NCBI GenBank assembly: GCA_050230475.1
Contig: JBFLGF010000051.1
Span: 1-64,000 of the forward strand
Length of the DNA stretch: 64,000 nt
Source: Ancylonema sp.
Lineage: Eukaryota
Direction of reading: 5' to 3'
Position numbers and translations under genes: made by a program. The notes under the pieces were generated by a model that saw only the letters and a program-made list of their open reading frames with translations, had not been told where the DNA came from and did not search any database. This document shows, in pieces, positions 41,237-57,891 of this stretch. The first letter of the stretch is position 1; every line of letters begins with the position of its first letter.

Positions 41237-42846
41237 CATAGTTGCACGGACCGGCAACATTCGATTTTCGGACCGCGGTCGGACCGGGTCTGGAGTCGGG
41301 ACCCGGTTGGACCGGGAACCTTTTAGGGTTTTTTTGCCTGACAAATTTTCCGCAAGGGAAAAGGACGTGGGGCTGTTTTTTTGTCGTGTACCTCACACGT
41401 GTGATATACGTGTATCATTGTGACTCTCGAAGTTTGTGGGTAAATCTAAAAATAACAATAAAACAAAATAGCAAGTTTACATCCAACCGTCCATTGATTG
41501 AGATGGTGAATTTCAAATTGACAAGATGGTTGAAATTTTGGCATCAAAAGTCACCATCCAATACGATGCATTGCATCGGATGCAATCGAAGGGGATGACG
41601 ATCTTCGCAGTTGCCTAACCTGAGTTTCATTGATCATTGAAACAACTTTACATGATTGGTCAAGATTAGGGAATTGCTTCGTTATTTTAATAAGCCTCAC
41701 TTTAGAAGAAAAAATATTTTGGCCTGATCGTATTAGGCAACTCATCATACACTCAAACCGCAGTAGCACTACTAAATGAACGACATCCTCACTCTCGCTC
41801 ACTCGCAGTCCTACCTCTATCTCATCCTACGAGTCATGAATTCGAGTGTGGCCGCTGCAGTGAAGAAGTAGTTCGCACTCTTCTCAAGGGGGCGCGAAAA
41901 AGTACAAATGCTCAAGCGACAAGACAAGCGCATCACAAGATAGGACAAGCGCATCACGGGATAGGCAACGGGGTGAAGGTCGCGTCTCCTCCGCCTCACG
42001 GGGGTGGGCGTGTGTGCATACAAAGCCGTCAATTCACCATTACATTCTACCAAATGGTGTGTTGGCGTATTTATAAGCATACCGATTGACCTTGAGCATT
42101 TGATTTTCTTGGAAAGTGGTGAAAAACGAAGTACACTCTGATGAACCTTGCAGAACGGCGCAAAGAAACTCAATATCGTGATCGCGCGGCAGGGACCAAG
42201 TTTCGCGACCAAGTTTATCCCGTTTGCGTTAGAGACGTATGGTGCGCTTTCCGATGCAAGCAATCGGTTATTGGTGGATTGTGCTCACCGTGCGGCGGAA
42301 CTGAATGGGCGATGGGGGCGGAATATTAGTTTGTTAGTTACTTGGTTTCGGCAGAGAGTTTCTGTTGCTTTACAACGTTCTCTAGCACATGCAATCCATG
42401 CTAGGACATTGCGATTGGAAGAGGACCCCCCCCCCCTCCGCGGGTGTCATTGTCGTCAGTAGAGTTAAGGATTGTTGCTCGGCCGTTTTAGGGTTGGGGT
42501 TGCTTTCCTTCTTCTGTTCCGTTAGGTTGGTACAATAACGTTGGTGTTATACTCAGATGGGGTTCCCATCTTGCTTTAATAAAATGCGTCTTTCCTCCTC
42601 TGATGCATTCCAGGTTTTCATTACTCATTTGTTATGTCAAACAATTTTTTGATATTTTTATATGATGTATAGCAAAATTTTGATTGCGAAAATAATGTTC
42701 CCGGTTTTTTTTCCACGGAGAACTCCTTGAAAACAAGATATTACCCAAAACAGTAGGTCCGGATTTTGGACACAGAAGAACGGACCCCGGACCCCCGTCC
42801 AGAACCGGAACCTCGGGACCCCGGTCCGCTGATCTGTGCAACCATG
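41237..42846. mobile_element. 1.6-kb non-autonomous hAT-like element
   Basis: TIR CATAGTTGCAC / GTGCAACCATG. 8-bp TSD GGTTAGAG / GGTTGGAG (7/8). GGACC subterminal motifs at both ends. Confidence 0.82.
42144..42597 (+). mobile_element. 5'-truncated RLE-type (CRE/R2-like) non-LTR retrotransposon 3' end
   Basis: AERRKETQYRDRAAGTKF/IPFALETYGAL...WFRQRVSVALQRSLAHAI, resembling a restriction-like endonuclease C-terminus, frameshifted by a 13-bp duplication. AATAAA near 42578. Flanking direct repeat CTCTGATG at 42136-42143 and 42598-42605. Confidence 0.8.
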
Positions 42847-43287
42847 GGTTGGAGTACTGTGCGCGATTCAATTTTGTTGGAATGAAAATATGAGTTTGAG
42901 TGAAAATGCGATCCGTCATGTATCTTGCAATTTTTTGAAGAAGGTAAACGCTGCTTGTAAGGCAAAAAAACTAGAACAAATTTGGAAATAGTGTTTCCAA
43001 CGGCCAAAAGCACTTTAGATCTCAATGTTGGTTCGGAATCTGATGGGTGGAGCTTCTCTAATTTTCAACAATCTCACATTCAAACATCTTACAAATGAGA
43101 CTCAAACAATACTTGTATGCACAGTTTGTGTCAAAGTAATGACGGGTCGGTCAGATATGCTCCGTTTCCCTAGCTTGCGTTGGCAAATACAAATGTGACA
43201 ATTTGAGTTCATTAGACGTGCACTCTATATACTACAAGGCTTTCCACCTCTACCCTCTAAGCCGACCACTAATTGACCTCAACAAAT

Positions 43288-46200
43288 TTACATATCAAAC
43301 ATTTGTGGTGCAAGAACGTGTAAACAACATTTGTTTGTTCCCTCTCCTTCATCCAAGGGGCCATCGTTTGGTACACTCACTTTACATCCTTCCCTGTGTT
43401 TTTTCCAATGACCCTTTTGGCGCGCAACGTTGCAATAGCCGACTTCCAAGCACCGACCACAACGAAGCAACGCTTTCGTTCCTCCCATCTTTCCGCACGC
43501 TTCACATTTTAACAACCTTTGCTTCTCAGGTATCCCAATCCAATCCAAGACGGATAATTGCCATGGCCCAACTCCCTCCACTTTCACATCCAACATCTCC
43601 CTCTTCTTGTGCATCTCGTGAATCGTGTCCATCACCCGGGTGACACCCGGAACAGGTTCAGCTCCTAGAGAATCAAGAAGCGTAACAAAGATTGCCCTCC
43701 ATGGAGGACCAACCACCATCGCTCGTTGCCAAGTGGACGGTTTTGCTAGAATGGCATTACGATTGAGCAAATCCCTCAGACTCTTCAAAGCTCTCCCAGG
43801 TGCACCACGTAAATGAAAGGTGCAACGGGGACGCTCGAATGTACTTTCACATTGCCGAGCATGTTCGAGGGCTACCGCAATACATGCTTCCGCTGTCGCC
43901 ACCCCCCAACAGTCCGCCCACAACATCTCTACCACGGGACGACCCGTGGCATCCACGCCAATACCTTTCATCAACATTGTCATCTCCACCTCTCTTTCAA
44001 TGTTTTCCATGGTCACCATACTGCACCCGTCTTTTTGCACCGCTTGAAACAAAGTCCGAACCCAAATTCGCAACACCAGATAGGAAGGTCCGGATGGTAT
44101 CTCCTCGGATTTTCCCAACATCAAAGATTCCTGCAACCCAAGATTCCTGCATCCACGTCCATGTCCGAAGGCCACGTGGCAAGCTTCTCCATGTCGAGGG
44201 TTGATTCAACGATGTCTATGATGGAGAACGGACACTTGGCGGCCTTGGGAAATGTACAGAAGAGCTTGCCACGCTTACGGGACACTTCGATGGTCGCATT
44301 GCTCCAAGTTACTGGCCACGAGAAGGTGATGGAGGTGTGGCTGCTCAAACACAAACGGAATCATGACTAGGGTCTAGAAGAAATTCCACTCTTTTGGATG
44401 TGTATCACTTTTACCTCTTCAATGATTACCTTACTTTAAAAGGTGACTGGTTTCTATGCAAACAAACTTTCAAAAGCAATAAAACAATATCACTATGTCA
44501 TTCCCTGTTACAACAAGCATAGGCAGTCAACAACAAAGTCTACGTTCACTACCAGAACTAACCGACTTTAGCCTCAAGTCAATCGTTTCCAAACAAATGT
44601 CACTCCAAAACTCCCCCAATCACCTCATTGATCACGTACCTCGTCCCAATACCGAGTTTGATCCGCCACGTAGGCTCTGGCTCTCCCTTCAAAGCCGCCA
44701 CCTCTACTTGCCCCTCGGCTCTCACGGGAATGTTGACCACCGTGCGATCGCAATCATCATACTCGCACACCCCCCCGACTACCATAGCCATTTCTTAGCT
44801 ACACCCACGAGGTTTTGTGTCCACCACTTTTGGTATGGGATCTTTTACCTCGCTCACCGACGCAGACCCCAAGCCCCTCTTCTTGTCCTTGTGAAACACA
44901 AATTCTTTACAGGAGGCCAACGGGATTGGTGATCCTCGCGGAAAGCATGAACTCCACAACTCTAGTGAAAAGGAAGAAGCTGAAGTTGTCGATCACATGC
45001 ACTCTCTGCTTCCCCTGCTTCCCCTCCTTTCCGAGCTCGAAGTACTTGGCAAAACGTGACCACCAATTGCTTCAGAAGGGATCCCTCCTGGGAACTCGCC
45101 CAGCACCCTTATGACAACACCCACTTGCCTGTCTTTCTTTGTCAAAACCCACTCCGCAAAAAAACTTGCTTCCAATTCCGCTTGGTACACAAGCAAGTCT
45201 TCTGGCTCGTCTAGACTCCTTGCCCCTTTGTTTGAGCAGAGACCCACAGTCCCAAGTCCCTCAGTTCGCACGTAGCTCCACATAGCGCTCACACTAAAGC
45301 GGAACATTTGATAGTGAGCCTTAGATTCCGCGCAGCTTTCCCACAAAACGGTTCGCGCCGACTCGGGATCCATATTTTGCATGAGGTGTCTGAGAATGAG
45401 GCAGAAGGTGAGGGGCGTGCAGGAGTAGCGCACGCACGAAAAGCCTCTCACCCCAACCTTCATTTTGCAACATTGTTTGAAGAGACTCCGAAGAACGGAT
45501 ACCAGACCACAGGGCCGAGGGAAATCATTGAAATCCTCGTTTGAGGACTTTCCCTTGTCTTGCACTGCGCTAACATCCGAGTACGGCAGCAATCGGAGGG
45601 GAGTCGCCCTATTGTCTCTTGCCCCACATTGTGATATTCGCCTTTAATGTATCTCCTGCTACCCGACCAGGCAACATGGGCCCCACCAGCCTCCAGTCAA
45701 ACAGAGCATCCATCACCTGCTTTGCTCCGAGCCGCACTACTCTGGAGGGGCAGAGAGAGCAAGCCGCTAGGCCCCCAAGCTTGAAATCTGTGTGGAGACG
45801 GAGGCTAAGGAGGGTGGGCAGAAGGTCAAGGACGCCAGGGCCAAGGGATTGGCGGAGGTAGGTGAGGGCTCTGGAGGCATGCAAGATCCAGTCGGAGGAA
45901 AAGGTGTAGAGGCGGGAAGAGGCGGACCTGCACGAAAATGAAGGGGGGACAAGGGACAACAGTTGTGATGTTGTACAGTGCAACATAATACAGTACAGAA
46001 CAGTACGGTACAGTGATTTGCAGTCGTTGCACTAGTATCACAGTACCTAGTTTGCCAAACAGTAATGTTACATAATCGAGTTACAAAACAGTATATACTG
46101 TTATTTAGTTGTGCTTCCGATATCTTACACAGGCTTACATTTCGCGTAAGTTACAACACTGTGGGCATACGTACGTGCATAAGAAGAGATGCATCAACGT

Positions 46201-47640
46201 ACAAAGCATGCCTCACAATTTACATATCTGAAACCCTCACTATCTGCAAACATACATGTGTTGATACATACGTACAGGAATACCTGCAGTACCAATACGG
46301 GTCATCATAAGGACATGGAGACATTTTGAAGTGCATTGAAATTGCATTTTCACAGACTTCTGCTTGAACACACACCCAGGGTGAAGGAAGAAGGTGACAT
46401 AAAAATTGCTGTCAGTTACAAGTGTGAGTATTGCAATCATGTCAACGACAGTCTCAAGCCCCACCAGGCTAGTGATTCTCCTTTGAGAGGAAGCTGACCT
46501 TTGAAGAAGAGGTGCGCACGCAGCTAAGATGTTCAAATGCCGAACGTGGTTTGCCAGTACATTGGTGTCAATCACGTCAAAGCGGTTACCCGGCCCGACA
46601 TTGCCCTCAGCTTCATCGACCGTTGCCTCCTTCTCTGGCATTCTGATATAGAATGGCACCTTGTGCAGCGTCACATGAAGCGAGTCGCCCAGCCAGAGAA
46701 CGAATCGGAGTTGCACAACCTTCTGATGCAGGCTGAAGGCTATCAGACGGGACGCCAGCTCCTCCTTGCATGCTTGGGTGATGGAGATCGAACTTCCTGC
46801 TGCTGTTGCTGCAGAAATGTCGGTGAGGACCTTGTCAGATGCTGACCACAGCGCATGGAAGGGACATGTGGCGAGGTCGAGACCCCACTTCCCATCATGT
46901 GGACTGAGCAAGGTAGGGTTCGCACACATTTCATCTGTCACAGGACCAGTTGTCATTCCAGATTGCAACCATGCTCCCAACTCGCTCTTGACGGCCTTCG
47001 TGGTGCCTCCGATTTCTGTTAGACACAGGCTTCCCATTATAGAAATCAGGAATGTCTCATACAGCTTTGCATGTTCACTAGCTTCGGGACCACCAAAATA
47101 GAGTGCCGACCTCATTGCAGACAACTTCATACCGGATAAGCACAAATCCCCTGTGTCCCTGGCCCAAATTTGGAAGATTTTACGGACCGTAGACTCGTAA
47201 AGGACGTTCTGAACATAAATGTCTCGGGGAGAATCCCCAGAGAAACTCCCTGCGGATAGAGATCGGAGAATAACCACAAGGCGACTGTATTCAGGCTGCG
47301 TGAGAGCTGCGTGACACCAGACAGACCAATAGAAGTCCACGTCTGCGGAAAGGGAAAAATTGAGGTCTTGTGCGAGGACGAGAAGGAGGACTGCTCGAGC
47401 AAGAACAGTGGAATAATTCGAGGTGAGGTGGAACTCGAGACATTCAAAATGCTTGGAGTGGCCGTTGCATTGCTGGTCATGTTGCATTGCTGGTCATGTT
47501 GCACCGCCACTGTTTTCAGAATGTCGCAGATGTCTTCGATGTCAAGGAGCAGAAGCGAAGCAGAGTCGCGTTGCAGATATACTGCTGATGTTGGCAGGAG
47601 ATTGCGGCTGTACTTGCCGGAAATTAAACCCCTGAATGAC
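43288..47640 (-). pseudogene. DUF4470 + C-terminal MYND zinc-finger protein, frameshifted (probable pseudogene)
   Basis: N-terminal LLLLDIEDICDILKTV..LEFHL...VLARAVLLL...FYWSVW...ANPTL...FDVIDTNVLANHV.HLNIL (DUF4470-like). C-terminal CEACGK...LLRCGRCLEVGYCNVARQKGHWKKHREGC (MYND with one Cys replaced by Arg). Frameshifts at a 17-bp duplication (47464-47503) and near 44125-44150. Upstream exons may extend to ~48315. Confidence 0.65.
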
Positions 47641-48430
47641 AACAGAGATATGGGAACATTGAAATAGAGGAAAACCTTACTTGTTGTTTCAAGACTGGAC
47701 TTGGTTTTTCCAACCCATTTACTAATGACCCGGGATAGCTCAATTGCTGAATTGCAATTAAGAACCCTTCACAGATTTCCAATTTGTCAAAGTGCCTCTT
47801 CATACGCTCATGAAGTCGAAAATTACATATACAGATGCAAACTGCAGTCTGAAATATCGGATGGTGGTCACTGAGCTGGGATCTGGGATACGAGACATAT
47901 GAAGCCTGTAGTCTCAATGTATAAGCTGCTCTTTTGACCACTGCTGAAAATCGGCGCACTTTGATAGCAATAAAGAGTCACTATTCACTCCAAAAGAGGG
48001 AAAGGAATGCGGATGGACAAGATACAGAGGTCACAAATCCGTCATAGTACAATTCAGCTACACGCTTGTGCTTAAATTATAGTTTGTAACTTCTTTATGC
48101 GACAAAAAAAAAGTCAATTCAGCCATTAAATGGTAAATTTGAATCCATAACATCGTGAACAAACTCACCCGCGATGATTCTCGCAGACAGTCTTCGAAGC
48201 TGGTTGGAGGGCCTCCGACTCTCCGACGCAAGCAGCTAATGGAATTGTCACGCCTAAAGCCACAGCATAAAATGCTTGATCCATCTGCAATTCTGAACTC
48301 CCGACCAACCTCCACTAGACGGGCATGAGCAATCGATGGCGTACTGATGGCGTGCTACGGTGTAGATTATCAGTGGTGACTTCCGGGGACGTCCCGCGAC
48401 CAGTTGAACTAAAATTCCATATAAATTCCA

Positions 48431-49195
48431 TTTTTACTATACCGAGAGGATGTTAAAACATAAGCCGTTTGGATGAGCCACCTCCGTTAAAAATATCGAC
48501 CTGGATTTCACTTTCTCTCGATATATTGACATTTGCCTATTGTCGCCCTATCAAATGTCACTACACAGTGTATAGTGATAGCCCTAGCATTCGATATACA
48601 GTGCAGTCTCGATATAGTGACAATTTTATAGACATGGGGATTTAATGTCACTATAACGAATGCTAGGGCTGTCACTATACACTGTATAGTGACATTTGAT
48701 AGGGCGACAATAGACAAATGTCAATATATCGAGAGAAAGTGAAATTCAAGTCGATATTTTTAACGGAGGTGGCTTGTCTAAACGGCTTTCGTTATAATAT
48801 CCTCTCGCTATAGTAAAACGTGTCTACATGACTAATGTTGGAACCATAAAAACAAAATAAAAAAAGTATGGTCATTATTTTACGCGTCACATTTTGGCTA
48901 AAAACAATATTCTGGATTTAAATAGACAGGTTATTAATTTTCACAGTATAAATTTTGACAGGTTTCACCGTATAGTGACATCGCAATACAAAGATCTGAG
49001 AATTTTTGGTAACTGTAACGTGTGTCACTATAGCGATTGTCACTATACAGAGTAGGTTTTTACATAGGATTAGAAACAGGGCAAAAAAAATGTCTCTATA
49101 TCGCGATTGTCACTGTACAGTGTGTCACTATATCAAGACTGCACTGTAGTGTCATTACATCCCCATGAAATTGTCATTATATCGAAACTGCACTG
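48431..49195. mobile_element. MITE family A inserted in reverse into another family A copy
   Basis: Inner copy 48599-49146 with TA TSDs (48597-98, 49147-48), carrying B at 48811-48970. Host fragments 48431-48598 and 49149-49195 rejoin to match 29417-29629. Confidence 0.88.
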
Positions 49196-49486
49196 TATGC
49201 TCAGAAGTTTGCGTAAATCATCGGGCTGAGAATAACTTGTGGACCAATCAGATCCTCGTACCGTTTGCCTACGTGGCAGAAAACTGAAGAGTTTCATCCG
49301 AACCAATCGGAGACTAAATGTCCGCCTACGTGGCAAATATATGCTAAGATTATGCTCACGTCGTAACGTTTGCCAACGGATGAAAATTAAGCATATGTCA
49401 TTTCGCCGCATGATAAATTGATCATCGCCAAGCATATCTCCAAATTATGCTCAAAGATTTGCGAGGCCGTAACGCATGCTCTAATG

Positions 49487-50656
49487 CCGTACTGGGCAAC
49501 CTAAATGGTTTCTGTTTTTCCAAGATTACTTATTTTCGTATTGTTTTTTTTTAATGATCCCGGAACTCCGTTAGTTGTTGTCGATGATTTCAGGTAATAA
49601 TTCCACGTATCCACCAGTTAAAATCAATGAGTTTTGGGGATGATTCCGGATTGTAGGAATAATAAGCGTAAAAAAAATCATTGTTTGGGAATTAAAATTC
49701 AAATGATTTTCCTTTATCCACCCGCATACCATACTGGCCAACTATAATACCCCACCCCACCCCTTTCCCCAAACAATATCTTCAATCACGCCCCACCCCC
49801 GTACCCCAGCCAAAAACAATTAATTATCGTTACCACACGGTTTTTCCTTACCCAGATTTTTAGCAATTAATTACATAAACCCAGCGACTTAATCGTGGAA
49901 CCCGGCAACGGATTTGTATTTATTCTGAACCGTAAATGGAGAAAATAAGAGCTCCTATATCCATAAAAGCCTGTAATAGTGACTACCGCGCATCGAAAAT
50001 TGAAATGCGCTCATAATCGTGACCCCAGCAAAAATCCCGATTAATTAGAGCTTGCCCGCCGCTAATACCCCGACTGGCAGAATTTTAGGTTAATACCCCA
50101 CAAGCCTCAAAAACGAATTACCGAACCTACTTAATGCCCCAAAATCAAAAATATTGAATTACATTCCTTGCCCCACCCCAATAACAAATAATTGATTAGT
50201 GGGGTATTAAAGTTGGCCAGTACGGTATGGGTCATTCTTACATAGTTATCGTACATTTTGACGCCACAAGTCACGTGGCAAGCACTTGTACTAGTCGCAA
50301 TATCTCGACAATTTTGTCGTTATGCATGGTCTCATGTTGTCGTGTAGCGCGTCTAATCATTTTTTTTCCATGTATCATATATCGTGGGACTTTGGGGCCC
50401 GATGCTTAGTTTTTGACGTCGTAAATGTCGCTCGTTCAACGATGTGTCTATTTGCACGTGCCTACTTTGCCGTGTAGTCCGTTTCATCACATCTAGAGTC
50501 ACATCTAAGGTGGCCCCGAATTTCCTGTAAATGGTTCCTAAAATGGGTTTAATTAATGGTTTCGGGTATCATTTTTTTAAAATTCAGTAATTAATATAAA
50601 TTATTACTTTCGGGTTTCAACAATTAATTAAAAACAATTTACGGTGCCCAATATGG
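49487..50656. mobile_element. CCGTAC-type MITE with a nested 497-bp CCGTAC-type MITE (49729-50225)
   Basis: Outer ends CCGTACTGGGCA / TGCCCAATATGG|TA match 34055-34325. Inner TA|CCATACTGGCCAACT ... AGTTGGCCAGTACGG|TA. Confidence 0.78.
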
Positions 50657-52892
50657 TATCTAATGCAACACGGAATTTTATACATTGATATATTGATATA
50701 CATATACGTACATATACATATATATACAAACATTGATATATACATTTATATATTGTACTCACTCGGTTATTCCCAATTTTGAATGGTGTGTTGGGATCAC
50801 ATGTTTTTCGAATCATGGTGATATTTCAATTTGAAACATTATTCAAGTTGAAACGGTCATATAGCCGTATCTTATAGCCGTATCTTATAGCCGTTTTTTT
50901 TTTGAAATAAAGAGTTGAAGTGATAATTTATAAATGAATACGTGATTGAACTCCAATCACCGTGAAAACATCGCACCGAACAAAGTTGTCTTTGACCATA
51001 ACTTTTGGTCATAAGTGTGATAGACTACAAGATATTGAAAGTGTTCAAGATAGTGAATCGAGACATAAATGTCAATGAACCGTTTGCTCTTCATGGCGTC
51101 ATGATGTTTCGTTCATAAAGATTGCAACAACGTTACAAGTAGCACAACGTTGGAAGTAAGAACATTTTTTCATAAAACAATAGTTTTATCATTTCGCATC
51201 ACCGCCTTGTGACGGTCATCCACACGGAGGGACTTCGAACATGTAACACAAAAAATATAATGTACCCGAATGGGGGGAAAAAAATGACACACAAAACAAA
51301 ATCACTCAATCAATCAATGCTAAACCAATCATCGCTCATACGATTCACCATTGAGCGTGTAGCATGTTGAATTTCTAGGCCTCAAATATGATTGTTCATA
51401 TACAGGTTGTAATTGACACATCAAGGGTAAGTATACGACTAGGGGAAACCAACAACGGTCCATTTTATTTTTTGGAACCCTACGCCTTTCTCTTGTAGAA
51501 GTGTGTAAAAGAGGACACATATAAATGTTCTCCGTGTTTCTTTCTTTTTTTTGGTATGGTCAATTACTAGATCCTCAATCCTAGATGATAAATCCTGAAT
51601 TTTGACTCCTAATTATAGTAGAACTAGGGTCTATGTTCCTAGTCCGTAGCAATGCTGGTCTGTAACAATAATGTTCAAGCCTAACAGTTCTGCCTTATTT
51701 TTTGTATTTTTAGGGGCATAGTGTAAGCGGGGGTTTTTGACGTATCGATATGAATCGTTATCCACCTTAGCAAGAGGTGCATTACTTCATGTGCTATAAG
51801 ACTCCAAATATGACAAATCACCCCGAGATATGCAAGGTGCCACCAGTGCAGAGATCCCCAAACCAAACAACCACTCATCCAAAACATCAACCCATAATCC
51901 CAATGTGTCCCTTATTGTTTTAACTACTTTCCAAAGCAAGGAAAGTCCTGAGTGCCTAAGTGCGAGACGCAATCTGGCACACTTATAAAGATTAAGGGCA
52001 TTTCGAGCTTCAAAACCAATTATCAATCACGCACAACAACAAAACAAAAGACAAGTACACGAGGAACTCAATTAAAGTGCCCGGGAAATGTACCGGAAAG
52101 ATGTTACAATGAGTTCACACCGAGACGTTTAGTAGGATGGCACCAACGAGCTCGCAAAGCAGCATTGGCCCAAAATTTTAACCCGACGGTCGCAAGCGTG
52201 ACAGTGGCACCCCGGCCGCTAGATCAAGAACTATCGACATGGGACTTATGGGACGCACCAGATCCTAGAGGACCAACAGTTGCACACCACCGCGAAGCAA
52301 CCACGGAAGGTTCGCGGTCTTCTAAATTCAACTCTATCAAGCGAGAACATTTCAACCCTTTATCACCGGTATATACAAATACAAGCACCTTTGCCTATAA
52401 CGATATCATGGCTTTCTAAAGCGGCACGAGGCATCCCATTCGACAAATGACGTATAGATATGAATCGATACCCAACTTAGCAAAACGTGCATTAAGTGCA
52501 ATAATTTATGTGCTATGAAACAGCAAATACAATAATTCACCCCAATATACAAAGTATGCCAATTTTTTTGAGATAACTATAATAAGCAACTACTTATGTG
52601 AACCACCAACCCGCACCGTGCCCAACGTGCCAGCGTGCCCCGAATTGTTTTAACCCCCCCCCCGCCAAGCTTTGAAAACGAAGTGTATCCAAACTTGACT
52701 ACTGAGAACAATCGCCCCAAATTTGAAACTACAATACATGCCAAAAAATCATAAAGTCCATGCGGACCGCACTTCGATACAACCCAATCTGGCCACCCCA
52801 TCACAAGTCACCTATGCCCTCAATGATAGGGGCACACCAAGGAACCAAGGGAGTTGGCCGGGAATGGGTCGTTTCCAATAAGCTGAAATGCG

Positions 52893-53410
52893 AGAATATT
52901 GTACACCTGAAAATTCCCCTGACGTGTCCATTTCCCCCCGAAAATTGCCAGTCATAAAAAAAACCCTAAACAGTTCGCGGTCAAGTCGGCTCCCTATTGC
53001 GGGCAAGGACGGACCATAGTTGCACGACGTTCAGAATTGGGTTAGAGGGCCTGCACTCGAAGCGGGGTCCGTCTTTCGAGGTCCAAAACCTCGGATCGGT
53101 GATTTCGGGTACAATCGATTGTTATGGGAATTTACTATCTATACTTCTTATTTGGAAAAAAACTTCGGACAATGTTTTCTTTTTGTATAGTTTTTCAATT
53201 CACAATTAATAAGAATGTCTCCGTGATATATCGATTTTTTTTTTAGTTTTTTTTTTGAAGTTTTTTTTGGCTACTATTTCTTGCTCTTTTCACATCTTAA
53301 TCATTTTATTTTTATAGGATTTGTAAACTTGTTGTGACTGTTACTGATATATTCCACCATGTACGTCATTGTCCACATGTTGCAAATCGAATTTATGATA
53401 TTTACTCTCG
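52893..53410 (+). repeat. Dispersed repeat, homologous to 39650-40190
   Basis: Same colinear blocks as 39650-40190, including CATAGTTGCAC at ~53015. Confidence 0.75.
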
Positions 53411-54155
53411 TGTATTGGATCCTCAATTCAAAAGCAGAGTGAAAGCATGTTAATCTCTGAATCAAACCCATGTTAGCAACCGTTCTATGCCTACTATGGT
53501 TCAACATAATTCGCAAACCGATTAATGATCAAACAACGATAAGTCACAAAATATTCCACATGCCTATTTATGCGAACATCCACTCCTCCACTCATACCAT
53601 CGCCCACATTTTCTCATACACTCATGTCTTCATCCACTTTTTCACAACATATCAATGCATTGGCATTAAAGTCGAGTCTTCTTTTTAGTGACATAAATAT
53701 AGGCGGGAAACTACAAAATATAGAGAAGATAAGACCATCAAGAATTCCAATACCAACACAAACACTAACACGAACTTCAAGACCGACTTTTCTTCAAAAA
53801 AATAGACATTTCTTCCAAAATAGCCGACTATTTTGTACACACAGTTTTTGGATGCGCATAGACCAATCACAATGCAACTAGAGATTGTACGTATGTCTAC
53901 CAACAGAGCAGATAGACGTCATGAAAATCGTCACTTCCCTTGCTTGAATTCAATCGGAAGGCTGAACGCTACATTGCTGTGGGTCTATCATTCAACCAAT
54001 GAGGGATTGTTGCAATGATTCGAAGGATCGCCACTAGCATAAACAATACCGTTTCCGGTCAAATCAACGATTGCGGGAATTGGTTTATATTTACTTTGAA
54101 CTGCTTCATGCATCTGGAGTGAGAGATGACCATGGATTTAACTGGTTTGGTCAAG

Positions 54156-57699
<3,544 letters not shown>

Positions 57700-57891
57700 G
57701 TCGAGCGTCTCGCTAAGCACTTATCGGATGCAGTGCAGAGACCTACGCTACGCTGCGGTTCAATCACCTCTCTGTTTGACCTCCATTTTGTCGTTATACG
57801 TGGCTTGATCGATATACCGGGTTTCCATGTCTAGTTGCAGAACCTGTCTAAGTTGATACAATCCGTGACGGTAGAAAAAACGGATTATCTT

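Noticed and set aside
51681..52026. Trp-rich minus-strand peptides resembling a LINE C-terminus
   Set aside because: The resemblance is too weak to call without a search.
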